Shown: piece by piece, positions 49,926 to 58,156 of the stretch | How positions within the stretch are numbered: the first letter of the stretch is position 1 | Layout of the letters: every line of letters begins with the position of its first letter | From: a virus | Strand: one strand, 5' to 3' | Virus record (IMG/VR): IMGVR_UViG_3300025769_014365 | Coordinates: 32,196-96,195 of that record | Length of the DNA stretch: 64,000 bases | Program-made: the position numbers and the translations under genes | Notes under the pieces: generated by a model | Told to the model about the DNA's origin: nothing | Seen by the model: the letters and a program-made list of their open reading frames with translations, nothing else | Databases searched by the model: none

Positions 49926-50906
49926 ATGAAGAGAGTAAAATATCTTAACAACAGGGATCTGCTGGCACAGATACACGCCAGCAAGAACACCTACTGCTCG
50001 TACGTGACGCCAGAAGACTCACAGTACGACATCATTGTGCCCAATTTGAAAAAAATCAATGTGAGGAGCATAGCGGAGGCCAAGAAGAACAAGGCCAAGC
50101 GTCTCACACAGGAGGCCTGGGAACAGGCCAAGGTCGAGGGGAAGAAGAAGATCAAACTGGTGGACTACACCGTGTCTCCCAGGAAGATCGACAAGACGGA
50201 CCTGGTGTTCCGTGTGATGATGTTTGACCATGTGCCCATGGACGACACCCGTAAGAAGAATCCCAAGCAGACCGCGGACCACCACTCAAAGGTCAACTTC
50301 CCGCCGTTCCAGCATTACCGTCTAGACAAGAAGGGCAAACCGGTGTGCGTGGGTAAAAGTCACTGGGTCGGTGGAATGAGCAACGGCCACTTCTCAGCGG
50401 ATCATGGCAAGATGACCAACCAACTGGCACTCATGTACATGAAACTTTGCGAAAGATACGGTACCAGGGCAAACTGGAGAGGTTACACCTACAATGATGA
50501 GATGCAGTCTCAGGCCCTGATGCAACTGTCACAGATTGGTTTACAATTTGATGAATCAAAATCAGACAACCCGTTCGCCTACTACACCGCGGCGATCACG
50601 AACAGTTTCACAAGGATCCTGAACATCGAGAAGAAGAACCAGGCCATCAGGGACGACCTATTGGAGTTCAATGGCATGATGCCGAGCTTCACTAGACAGA
50701 ACGAGAACGAGACCACGGGTCCTTCATACAAGAAGAAGATGAAGACCGCACACGGTGAGGCCAAGATAGTGAACAAGACCGGTATAGCCAAACTCAACAA
50801 GAAATTCAAGAAGACGGGCAAGATAGACGCGGCGGATTTCGAAGAGGTCAACTACAAGAAAGTGGACATGACAAATCACAAACCCATAGTAAAGAAGAAA
50901 TGGTAG
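49926..50906 (+). CDS. gp55: late-transcription sigma factor, T4 gp55-like (start MKRVKY at 49926)
   Basis: YLNN.DLL N-terminus, NWRGYTYNDEM, QFD..KS.NPFAYYT...NSF.R....EKK; precedes gp47/gp46 as in T4; AAGGA RBS. Confidence 0.85.
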   Translation: MKRVKYLNNRDLLAQIHASKNTYCSYVTPEDSQYDIIVPNLKKINVRSIAEAKKNKAKRLTQEAWEQAKVEGKKKIKLVDYTVSPRKIDKTDLVFRVMMFDHVPMDDTRKKNPKQTADHHSKVNFPPFQHYRLDKKGKPVCVGKSHWVGGMSNGHFSADHGKMTNQLALMYMKLCERYGTRANWRGYTYNDEMQSQALMQLSQIGLQFDESKSDNPFAYYTAAITNSFTRILNIEKKNQAIRDDLLEFNGMMPSFTRQNENETTGPSYKKKMKTAHGEAKIVNKTGIAKLNKKFKKTGKIDAADFEEVNYKKVDMTNHKPIVKKKW

Positions 50907-50909
50907 ACA

Positions 50910-51935
50910 ATGGCATTCTTTAACAAGGTAGCCTGTTTCACGGACATACACTTCGGACTCAAGGGCAATTCAAGGATACACAACGACGACTGCGAATCTT
51001 TCGTGATATGGTTCATAGAGCAGGCGAAATTGCATGGTTGTGAGACCTGCATATTCCTGGGAGACTGGCACCACCACAGGTCCGCCACCAACGTCAGCAC
51101 GATGAACTACACGGTATCAAACATAGAACGGTTAGGAAAGGCATTTGAAAAGGTCTACGTGATAATGGGCAACCATGACCTGTACTACAGGGACAAGCGA
51201 GAGATCAATTCAATGGAGTACATTAGGAACATACCCAACATACACATCGTTAACGAATGGTTGATGGAGGAGGATGTCGCGATCATACCATGGGTCGTGG
51301 AAGATGAGTGGAAACGGATCGAGAAGATGACACAGAAATATGTTTTCGGCCACTTCGAACTGCCCTACTTCAAGATGAACGCCATGGTGGAAATGCCAGA
51401 CACAGGTACTGTCAAGGCAGAACACTTCGCAGGTTGCGGTAAGGTGTTCTCCGGACACTTCCACAAGCGACAGTACATGAAGAACATCACATACATGGGC
51501 AACGCCTTCCCACACAACTACGCGGACGCTGGCGACGACGAACGTGGCATGATGGTGTTGGAATACGACAAAGAACCAAAATTCATCAACTGGCCAGACA
51601 TGCCCCGATACAGGACCATAAAAATCAGCGACCTTTTGGCGGATCCGGACAAACATCTGTTGCCCAAGATGTACGTGAGGGTCACACTGGACATAAAGAT
51701 CTCATACGAGGAGGCCAACTTCATCAGGGAGACCTTCATAGACAAATACCAATTACGAGAACTACAGTTGATACCAGAGCAGATAGATGCCGCACAGCAA
51801 CCACAAGTGGAGATACAGAAGTTTGACAGTGTGGACCAGATCGTGATCAAACAACTACAGGGAGTGGATTCAGAGGTGTATGACAAGAACATACTCACTG
51901 CGATCTACAATGATCTAGATGTCGAGAATCAGTAA
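50910..51935 (+). CDS. gp47: recombination endonuclease subunit (SbcD/Mre11-like), T4 gp47
   Basis: TDIHFG, FLGDW, GNHD, FGHFE, SGHFH phosphoesterase motifs. Confidence 0.93.
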   Translation: MAFFNKVACFTDIHFGLKGNSRIHNDDCESFVIWFIEQAKLHGCETCIFLGDWHHHRSATNVSTMNYTVSNIERLGKAFEKVYVIMGNHDLYYRDKREINSMEYIRNIPNIHIVNEWLMEEDVAIIPWVVEDEWKRIEKMTQKYVFGHFELPYFKMNAMVEMPDTGTVKAEHFAGCGKVFSGHFHKRQYMKNITYMGNAFPHNYADAGDDERGMMVLEYDKEPKFINWPDMPRYRTIKISDLLADPDKHLLPKMYVRVTLDIKISYEEANFIRETFIDKYQLRELQLIPEQIDAAQQPQVEIQKFDSVDQIVIKQLQGVDSEVYDKNILTAIYNDLDVENQ

Positions 51936-52152
51936 ACGTAAATTGATCAAGGCGTTGAAAGGCGACCTAGAGGTGCCAGTGAACAGGAAAACACTGTTGG
52001 ATCACCTGGCGAAACCCGTCACCCAGGAGAAGTGGCTGAGAGGATACAGGGAATGGGTCGAACAACAAACACTTTCAACTCCTCTAGAAGTGTATGAGGC
52101 AATAGAAAACATAGGCAAAAAGAAACGTAGAAGAAAAAATGTTAACGATTAA
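51919..52152 (+). CDS. small basic hypothetical protein
   Basis: Bridges gp47 and gp46 with overlaps on both sides. Confidence 0.6.
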   Translation: MSRISKRKLIKALKGDLEVPVNRKTLLDHLAKPVTQEKWLRGYREWVEQQTLSTPLEVYEAIENIGKKKRRRKNVND

Positions 52153-53914
52153 AGAAATAACGGTCAAGAACTTCATGAGCGTGGGCAACCAGGCACAGGC
52201 CATCGATTTCTCCAACAAGAGTTTGGTATTGGTGATAGGTGAGAACATGGACCTGGGCGGTGATGATGCTGGCGCCAGGAACGGTACTGGTAAAACAACC
52301 ATAATCAACGCATTAAGTTATGTGTTCTACGGTGAGGCACTCACGAACATCAGGAGGGACAACCTTGTGAACAAGACCAACGAGAAGGGCATGCTGGTTT
52401 CGGTCAAGTTCATCAAGAACGGTGTCACCTACACTATAGAGCGTGGACGTAAACCACAGATATTCAGATTCTACGCCAACGACATAGAACAGAAGGCGGA
52501 CAGCAACGAAGCACAAGGCGAGAACAGGGAGACCCAAGTAGAGATCAACAAATTATTGGGCATGACACACGCCATGTTCAAGAACATAGTGGCTCTGAAC
52601 ACCTACACGCAACCTTTCCTGAGCACCAAGCAGGCTGAACAGAGGGAGATCATAGAACAGTTGCTCGGTATCACTTTACTATCACAGAAAGCGGACCTAC
52701 TGCGTGAGAAACAGAAGGCAACGAAACAGTTGCTGACGGAAGAGAAGATGAGATTAGATGCCAAGGTAGCGTCCAACGAGAAGATACAAGAGTCCATAGA
52801 GAGCCTCAAGATCAGATCCGCCGCATGGAGCAAACAGAAGGCACAGGACATCGAAAGTTTCCGAGAGGCAATCGCGGAACTGGAGAAGGTGGACAGCGAG
52901 ATCGAGATCGAGAAACACAAGAAACTGCAGAAACACAACGAGGCACAGACAGCGTTGCGCAATCTAATGAAGGAGAAGGCCTACCACGAGGACTCTTTGA
53001 CCAAGGCTGAGAGCACAGTGGAGAAGACCGAGAAGGACCTGGAATTCGCGGAAGCGGCCAAGTGTCCCACTTGCGAGCAGGCGTTACACGACGACAAGCA
53101 CGAACACCTAGTTGGCAAACTGAAAACCAATCTAACAGAGAACCGTGAATACGCAGACAAACTAGGAAGTGATCTTGCCCAAATACAACAGGCGATAGAT
53201 GACATAGGAGACCTAGGACAGGTGCCAGACACCTACTATGACACCATAGACGAGGCCTACAACCACAAGGGATCACTGCAGGATCTCAAACGACAGTTGG
53301 AACACACGGAGAAGAAAGAGGACACCTACGCAGAGCAGATCGCGGAATTAGAAAGTAAGGCCATACAGCAAGTGGACTATGAGAAAGCCAACGAATTGGA
53401 AGACCTGCACAGGCACCAGGACTTCCTGTACAAGTTATTGACCGCCAAGGACTCGTTCATCAGGACCAGGATCATAGAACAGAACTTGACATACCTGAAC
53501 CAGAGACTGGCGTTCTTCTTGGGCAAGGTCAAACTGCCACACACTGTGACATTCCAAGCGGACCTGAGTGTGCGCATCGAGGAACTGGGCAGGGAGTTGG
53601 ATTTTGACAACCTGAGCAGGGGTGAACGTAACAGGCTGATACTAAGCATGAGCTGGGCGTTCAGAGACGTGTGGGAAAGTCTTTATCAACAGATCAACCT
53701 GTTGTTCATAGACGAGCTGGTGGATGCTGGCATGGACATATCCGGTGTTGAGAGTTCAATGGCAGTGCTGAAGGACATGGCGAGGACGCAACAAAAGAAC
53801 ATATTCCTGATTTCACACAAGGACGAGTTGGTAAGCAGGGTGAACTCCGTACTGAAAGTGGTAAAAGAAAACGGTTTTACCAACTATGCCAATGATGTCG
53901 ACATAATAGTGTAG
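52139..53914 (+). CDS. gp46: recombination ATPase subunit (SbcC/Rad50-like), T4 gp46
   Basis: KNFMSVGN, Walker A NGTGKTT, coiled coil with CPTC zinc hook, LSRGE signature, LLFIDE, ISH. Confidence 0.95.
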   Translation: MLTIKEITVKNFMSVGNQAQAIDFSNKSLVLVIGENMDLGGDDAGARNGTGKTTIINALSYVFYGEALTNIRRDNLVNKTNEKGMLVSVKFIKNGVTYTIERGRKPQIFRFYANDIEQKADSNEAQGENRETQVEINKLLGMTHAMFKNIVALNTYTQPFLSTKQAEQREIIEQLLGITLLSQKADLLREKQKATKQLLTEEKMRLDAKVASNEKIQESIESLKIRSAAWSKQKAQDIESFREAIAELEKVDSEIEIEKHKKLQKHNEAQTALRNLMKEKAYHEDSLTKAESTVEKTEKDLEFAEAAKCPTCEQALHDDKHEHLVGKLKTNLTENREYADKLGSDLAQIQQAIDDIGDLGQVPDTYYDTIDEAYNHKGSLQDLKRQLEHTEKKEDTYAEQIAELESKAIQQVDYEKANELEDLHRHQDFLYKLLTAKDSFIRTRIIEQNLTYLNQRLAFFLGKVKLPHTVTFQADLSVRIEELGRELDFDNLSRGERNRLILSMSWAFRDVWESLYQQINLLFIDELVDAGMDISGVESSMAVLKDMARTQQKNIFLISHKDELVSRVNSVLKVVKENGFTNYANDVDIIV

Positions 53915-53922
53915 ATTTCCTA

Positions 53923-53952
53923 TTGACAGAACCACTTCTTACGTGCTTTAAT
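53923..53952 (+). promoter_or_regulatory. sigma70-type promoter for the histone-like gene
   Basis: TTGACA (53923-53928), 18-nt spacer, extended -10 TG-C-TTTAAT (53944-53952). Confidence 0.6.
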
Positions 53953-54005
53953 TACACTGACGTTAATTAATGTTATCGTACGACAACAAAGGAAGGACGT
54001 AAATT

Positions 54006-54200
54006 ATGTCAAATGAAACACATGAATCAATCATGACCGAGATACAGACTTACTCAGAAGAGAATGGTAAGTTCGTAGACAAGGGTGTGAAAGCATCTGC
54101 GACAAGGGCCAGGAAGGCACTTGCGAACTTGGCTAAATTGATCAAAGCAAGAAGAAAAGAGATTCAAGAAATCAAGAACGCGGCAAAAGAGTCAGCGTAA
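54006..54200 (+). CDS. histone H1-like protein (Hc1-family-like, 64 aa)
   Basis: KGVKASATRARKAL..L.KL.K..RKE matches the Hc1 N-terminal pattern; strong RBS AAAGGAAGG. Confidence 0.75.
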   Translation: MSNETHESIMTEIQTYSEENGKFVDKGVKASATRARKALANLAKLIKARRKEIQEIKNAAKESA

Positions 54201-54225
54201 CCGATAATTGGATTTTGCAAAACCC

Positions 54226-54257
54226 AAACCCCCGGCTGGTGACAGTTGGGGGTTTTT
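54226..54257 (+). terminator. intrinsic terminator, probably bidirectional
   Basis: AAACCCCCGGCTG-GTGA-CAGTTGGGGGTTT stem followed by a T run, between convergent genes. Confidence 0.85.
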
Positions 54258-55274
54258 CTATAGTAAGTCAAAAAGTTCAGGTAAAAAATTTTCTTTTTGA
54301 AGTCCGGTAAATTTGTCTTGTGCTTGTAAATTTTGTTTTGCGGCTAATATAGATTTTTCTGTTCCGATCCACTCAATTTTCCTATTTTTGAAAAAACCCG
54401 GGTTTAACTTTTCAACAGTTTTCCCCACACGCTCGGGCAAATTTTGGTAATTGAATTCGTCTTCGTGGACAAAATTGAGTTCTATCTTCGTGGGCAATAG
54501 TTTGAACAGCTCTATCATTATTCTATCTATATACAAAATATTCAAATTACTCACAGTGAAATATATAGACAACCTATCCCTGCCAAAATTATCTATGTAC
54601 CTGAGAACATTGTCTCGGACCTGATTCCATTTAGCGGGTTGCCTAATGTATTCAAATATCTTACCGTACCCGTCAAGGGAAAAACAGATATTAAATTTAT
54701 CAAAACTTCTCAACAACTCTATTTGTTTGCTATTGAGCGTCACTGTTCCGTTAGTCTGGAGAGAAAAACTGGTTGATTTTTTTAAGTTAGAAAGAACTTT
54801 CCATAAAGAAAAAGATTTTAAGGTTTCGCCCCCAATGAATTCTATGTGTTCTAGATTTTTTATCTGGCTAATATGAGAGGGATCTGTTTCCAATACCAAC
54901 CCATGTTCCGTGATAATTTTTTCTTTTGGATACATGCTGGAGGCTTTTTTCCACCATGCTGTGCTGGAATCGGGATGACACATCACACAGTAAAGGTTAC
55001 ATAAATTGCCCGTAGGAATCACTACGATTTTTACATTCCTTTTTGACAATCCTAGATACCGTTCATAGAGTCTGTTTGAAACTAACCTTTTACTAATTCC
55101 TCCCTCATCTTCCGTCTTATAACAACGTCTGCAGAATTGACTTCTTATTCCTTTATTATGATCAGATAAAAGTTCAGGAAGTGATTGCTTTTCGTAATTT
55201 TTTCCCAACATACAGCATGGGTTATTGGTTTGATAATCGTGGGCAATGAATGGTCTCACACACTTATTTGACAT
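54258..55274 (-). CDS. radical SAM protein with short N-terminal twitch-like domain (AT-rich)
   Basis: CVRPF...PCC, CRRC, CNLYCVMC, GGET, QTNGT, FSLDG...EYIR.PAKW. Confidence 0.85.
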   Translation of the reverse strand: MSNKCVRPFIAHDYQTNNPCCMLGKNYEKQSLPELLSDHNKGIRSQFCRRCYKTEDEGGISKRLVSNRLYERYLGLSKRNVKIVVIPTGNLCNLYCVMCHPDSSTAWWKKASSMYPKEKIITEHGLVLETDPSHISQIKNLEHIEFIGGETLKSFSLWKVLSNLKKSTSFSLQTNGTVTLNSKQIELLRSFDKFNICFSLDGYGKIFEYIRQPAKWNQVRDNVLRYIDNFGRDRLSIYFTVSNLNILYIDRIMIELFKLLPTKIELNFVHEDEFNYQNLPERVGKTVEKLNPGFFKNRKIEWIGTEKSILAAKQNLQAQDKFTGLQKENFLPELFDLL

Positions 55275-55674
55275 TCTTTAGAATTCCTTTGCCGTGCACA
55301 CGAACACGGATGTGTCCGTTGTAGTAGTCATTACTCTCCAGAACTTTACGAGCGAACTGCTCTCGGGCTTCAACGTATGAAAGTTCGGCTTTGGAATGAC
55401 AATAAAACAAAATCTCCCTCTTAAATTTTTCCCGGCCTAGTTTAAAAACGTCGGCTGTGAGTTCATCACTGCTACCGTAATAATCCTGCCAGTCGGAATC
55501 CACCTTATATCTACGCTTGTTCTTCCTGCCTTTCAGTGGCGGACGGGATCTTTTGAATCTTGCTAGTTTTTTTCCTATGTACATCCTACCGTTTGTGGTG
55601 TTTGTTATGAGGTACACAAACCCCACAACTTCTTCCGGAATATCAGTAATTTCTTTTCCTCGATACGTCCACAT
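55264..55674 (-). CDS. stand-alone GIY-YIG endonuclease
   Basis: GFVYLITN..NGRMYIGKK, YYGSS, F.REIL, E..Q...YN. Confidence 0.88.
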   Translation of the reverse strand: MWTYRGKEITDIPEEVVGFVYLITNTTNGRMYIGKKLARFKRSRPPLKGRKNKRRYKVDSDWQDYYGSSDELTADVFKLGREKFKREILFYCHSKAELSYVEAREQFARKVLESNDYYNGHIRVRVHGKGILKNVK

Positions 55675-55686
55675 TTGAAAGATTTC

Positions 55687-56823
55687 CTATAGGTTCATCC
55701 GCTTGTACACTGTACTTAATAGAGTATCGCCGCCACATATCAAATCAAATATGGTCTGTGTGTGTGAATAGTATTTGTTCTTACGTTTATTCCAAAATGT
55801 TTGGTAATTGTGCTGTGCGGTTTGTGCCAACTTGTCCCGAGCGGTCTCGGAATCGTGTATGTGATCGAGGAACGCTGTCAGGCATGATAATTTTTCCTTT
55901 GTATCTGACTCAGAGTGCCACTGTTCGTAGAAACCATTGTCATACAGAAGATATCCGTAGTCCAGCAAACGATCATGCTGTGGTCTGTGTCCCAAATGCA
56001 CTATAGGTATACCAAGCGCTATGGGTCGGAAGGTCTTTTCTGTGAAGTGCCAATCACCGGTGACTCGTGTTTCCAACACCAACTCGCAGAACGCCTGTTC
56101 GTAGATTTTGAAATTTGGCAAACCATTGCCAAATGCTCTCAGAGCGTTGATGTATTGTCCGGTACCATGCTGTCTCTCTAGGTCTTGGATCAGTTTTTGT
56201 TTACCAACATCCAGCGACTCGCTCGTGTTTGTGCCCACGGAGGTGGCAAATTGGTGCCATATCTTTGAACCACGAAGTTGATCGCCTATTGCTTTCCTGA
56301 AAGGATCTTTGAACACCGTCTGTATCATGAAGGTCTTTGTAGGTTGTCGACTTTTGTGTAACTCCTGTGCCAAAAGCAGGTTAAAGTAATGACTTATCAG
56401 CTGTTCCCAGGCGTCTATGTTGTGCACCTTGATGTTCCTATATGTTCTTTCGAAATAGCCATTGACAATTATAGTTACAGGACAGGACATGGCCAAGTTA
56501 TCCAGTTTATTCATTATCGATGTGGGTATGTGCCATGGATGGTTGCTGTACACTATTAACGCACGAACGCGGCCTTGCTCCATAAGGTCAATGACCTTGA
56601 TGTGCGGACTATCTGATCGTTTCTCATCAACAAAACTTTCGTCCACAAAGAGCCTATCTATCGTTTGATGTTGACAAATCTGTGACAGTTGAGTCAAATC
56701 GATTTCTTGGAGATTTACTCCGCCCGATTCTCGGAAAAATTCCGCCACCCAGCTGGGCAAGTCCAGTCCATGATTCAAAAGATTGTTCTCTACCATCAGT
56801 TCTTTCCGCAATACATGTCGCAA
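55687..56823 (-). CDS. hypothetical protein, possibly glycosyltransferase-related (start uncertain)
   Basis: C-terminal ELVLET...FTEKTFRPIALGIP...G...L..YG...HN motif of a common aquatic-phage family. Confidence 0.5.
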   Translation of the reverse strand: MRHVLRKELMVENNLLNHGLDLPSWVAEFFRESGGVNLQEIDLTQLSQICQHQTIDRLFVDESFVDEKRSDSPHIKVIDLMEQGRVRALIVYSNHPWHIPTSIMNKLDNLAMSCPVTIIVNGYFERTYRNIKVHNIDAWEQLISHYFNLLLAQELHKSRQPTKTFMIQTVFKDPFRKAIGDQLRGSKIWHQFATSVGTNTSESLDVGKQKLIQDLERQHGTGQYINALRAFGNGLPNFKIYEQAFCELVLETRVTGDWHFTEKTFRPIALGIPIVHLGHRPQHDRLLDYGYLLYDNGFYEQWHSESDTKEKLSCLTAFLDHIHDSETARDKLAQTAQHNYQTFWNKRKNKYYSHTQTIFDLICGGDTLLSTVYKRMNL

Positions 56824-57193
56824 CGATATAGTCTTCCTTCCTTAATTTCCAAATCCAGAGACATTATTTCATTCACAGACAGCATGACTGGTATTTAAAG
56901 CCAAAAAGATTGACCCAGAAAGAAAACTCGTATAAACAAGTGCGATAGGCAAACCACAACTTCTCAAAAAAATCTCATAGGCAAACATAGCATCGCAACC
57001 AGTGAGCAAGGAAATGCGGCTTAACAGCGACAGGTGAATCCTTTGATGCAAACGGCAAAAAATGATGGGGCTCTTAGAAAAAGATAATCCCTAGGTCTGT
57101 CATGGATTATTATACAAAGACATGGCGGGCTCGCGTTGTAATGAATGAGCTAACGGGTACAGCACAACCGCCCGACTACGGTAGCGATGTATA

Positions 57194-57270
57194 GTGACTG
57201 CGAACTCACCACAGGGTTCAAGTCGGTTCGGCTAGAAATAGCCGAATTGTGACTGCTCATCTACCACAGG
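57194..57270 (+). repeat. bipartite direct repeat GTGACTGC-N6-ACCACAGG x2 (57194-57215, 57249-57270)
   Basis: 16/16 identity in the two 8-mers; 6-nt spacers GAACTC and TCATCT; 55-bp period. Confidence 0.9.
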
Positions 57271-57271
57271 C

Positions 57272-57295
57272 GACGCATAAATGCGTCACTTTTTT
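57272..57295 (+). terminator. intrinsic terminator-like hairpin
   Basis: GACGCA-TAAA-TGCGTC followed by AC and TTTTTT. Confidence 0.6.
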
Positions 57296-57385
57296 CCACA
57301 ACTGCGTAAGTTAAAAAAAGAAACGAGCGCTAGCGAAGTTTCAGATGGCGTAAGCCGTCTCTGACAGGCCATTAAGTACACTACA

Positions 57386-58156
57386 ATGGAACTACTCTGG
57401 GATCACACTCTGGGCAAACAGGAACACACGGACGTGGTGCTGTGCCGACCCATGGCCAAGGTGGACTCTGACGAGGAACACGAGGCCCTGGATCGCGGTT
57501 GGCTGGCGCTGGACCACCCTGTGATGAATCAGGAGGTGTGGTACCAGTCACGTAGCACACGCATAGACCTGGACCGCTACAAGCCCAGATACACCAAACA
57601 CCAGTGGGACGGCCGTGACATCGGCACCAAGATAATAGACGCCAGCGAGATGGTGAGGCTGTTGGGACTGCCACACATATACGAACAGTACATGAAGCGC
57701 AAGGGCTTCTCGCAGGACTACACACCGTTCGCCCACTACCACGACAGGGACCAGTTCATGATATTCTACGTGGGCACCGCGGACAACATAATAGGATTCA
57801 CCAAGCAGAAGAGGTACAAGTACGAGATGGACCACTACAGCACCATCGACACCTACGACAGCCGGGACCTGGCGGGACTGGAGTCGGTGATACACGCCAA
57901 CACCGTGGCAATATCAGACATCACGCTGGACATGGAGATCGAGTGGGCCTCCATGAACGATGTGGGTTACTTCTACATGGGTTCGGGCTATGAGCGGAGT
58001 AGCCTGTACAAGGCCAACTTCAAGGGCTTCGAGTGGTGGACGGGCACGGAGTGGAGCCGGGACAAGAAGCAGTATCGCAGGCTGTGTGAGCGTGACTCTA
58101 GGATCGATCGGTTTTCGGATCTCGGAAACCTTTCACTGATTCCAGATAAGACCTAG
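57386..58156 (+). CDS. aminoacyl-tRNA:protein transferase-like protein (ATE1/Bpt family-like)
   Basis: N-terminal AL.RGW...WYQSRSTRI; C-terminal EIEWA......YFYMG.GY..S..YKA.F.G.E.W resembles the ATE_C YLG...YK..F.P.E motif. Confidence 0.65.
   Translation: MELLWDHTLGKQEHTDVVLCRPMAKVDSDEEHEALDRGWLALDHPVMNQEVWYQSRSTRIDLDRYKPRYTKHQWDGRDIGTKIIDASEMVRLLGLPHIYEQYMKRKGFSQDYTPFAHYHDRDQFMIFYVGTADNIIGFTKQKRYKYEMDHYSTIDTYDSRDLAGLESVIHANTVAISDITLDMEIEWASMNDVGYFYMGSGYERSSLYKANFKGFEWWTGTEWSRDKKQYRRLCERDSRIDRFSDLGNLSLIPDKT

Larger units (their letters stand above)
56935..57365 (+). ncRNA. candidate structured non-coding RNA (boundaries approximate)
   Basis: No credible ORF in ~480 nt of an otherwise gene-dense genome; several stems with GNRA loops and G-U pairs that only work on the + strand; internal direct repeats; terminator-like hairpin. 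Confidence 0.65.

Noticed and set aside
57170-57200. Group I intron core (GACTAC...GATGTATAGTG) near a GIY-YIG gene
   Set aside because: The P7 partner reads TAGTG rather than TAGTC and no interrupted host gene flanks the region; not supported, though a covariance search is needed to exclude it
57194-57270. CRISPR array
   Set aside because: Only two imperfect units and no cas genes in the window
56935-57365. tmRNA, tRNA or RNase P identity for the structured region (GGGGCT, GGGTTCAAGTC, GAGCAAG and CGGCTTA fragments)
   Set aside because: The T-arm stem does not close, there is no acceptor stem or CCA end, and the RNase P GAGGAAAGTC strand is absent; the fragments are in the wrong order
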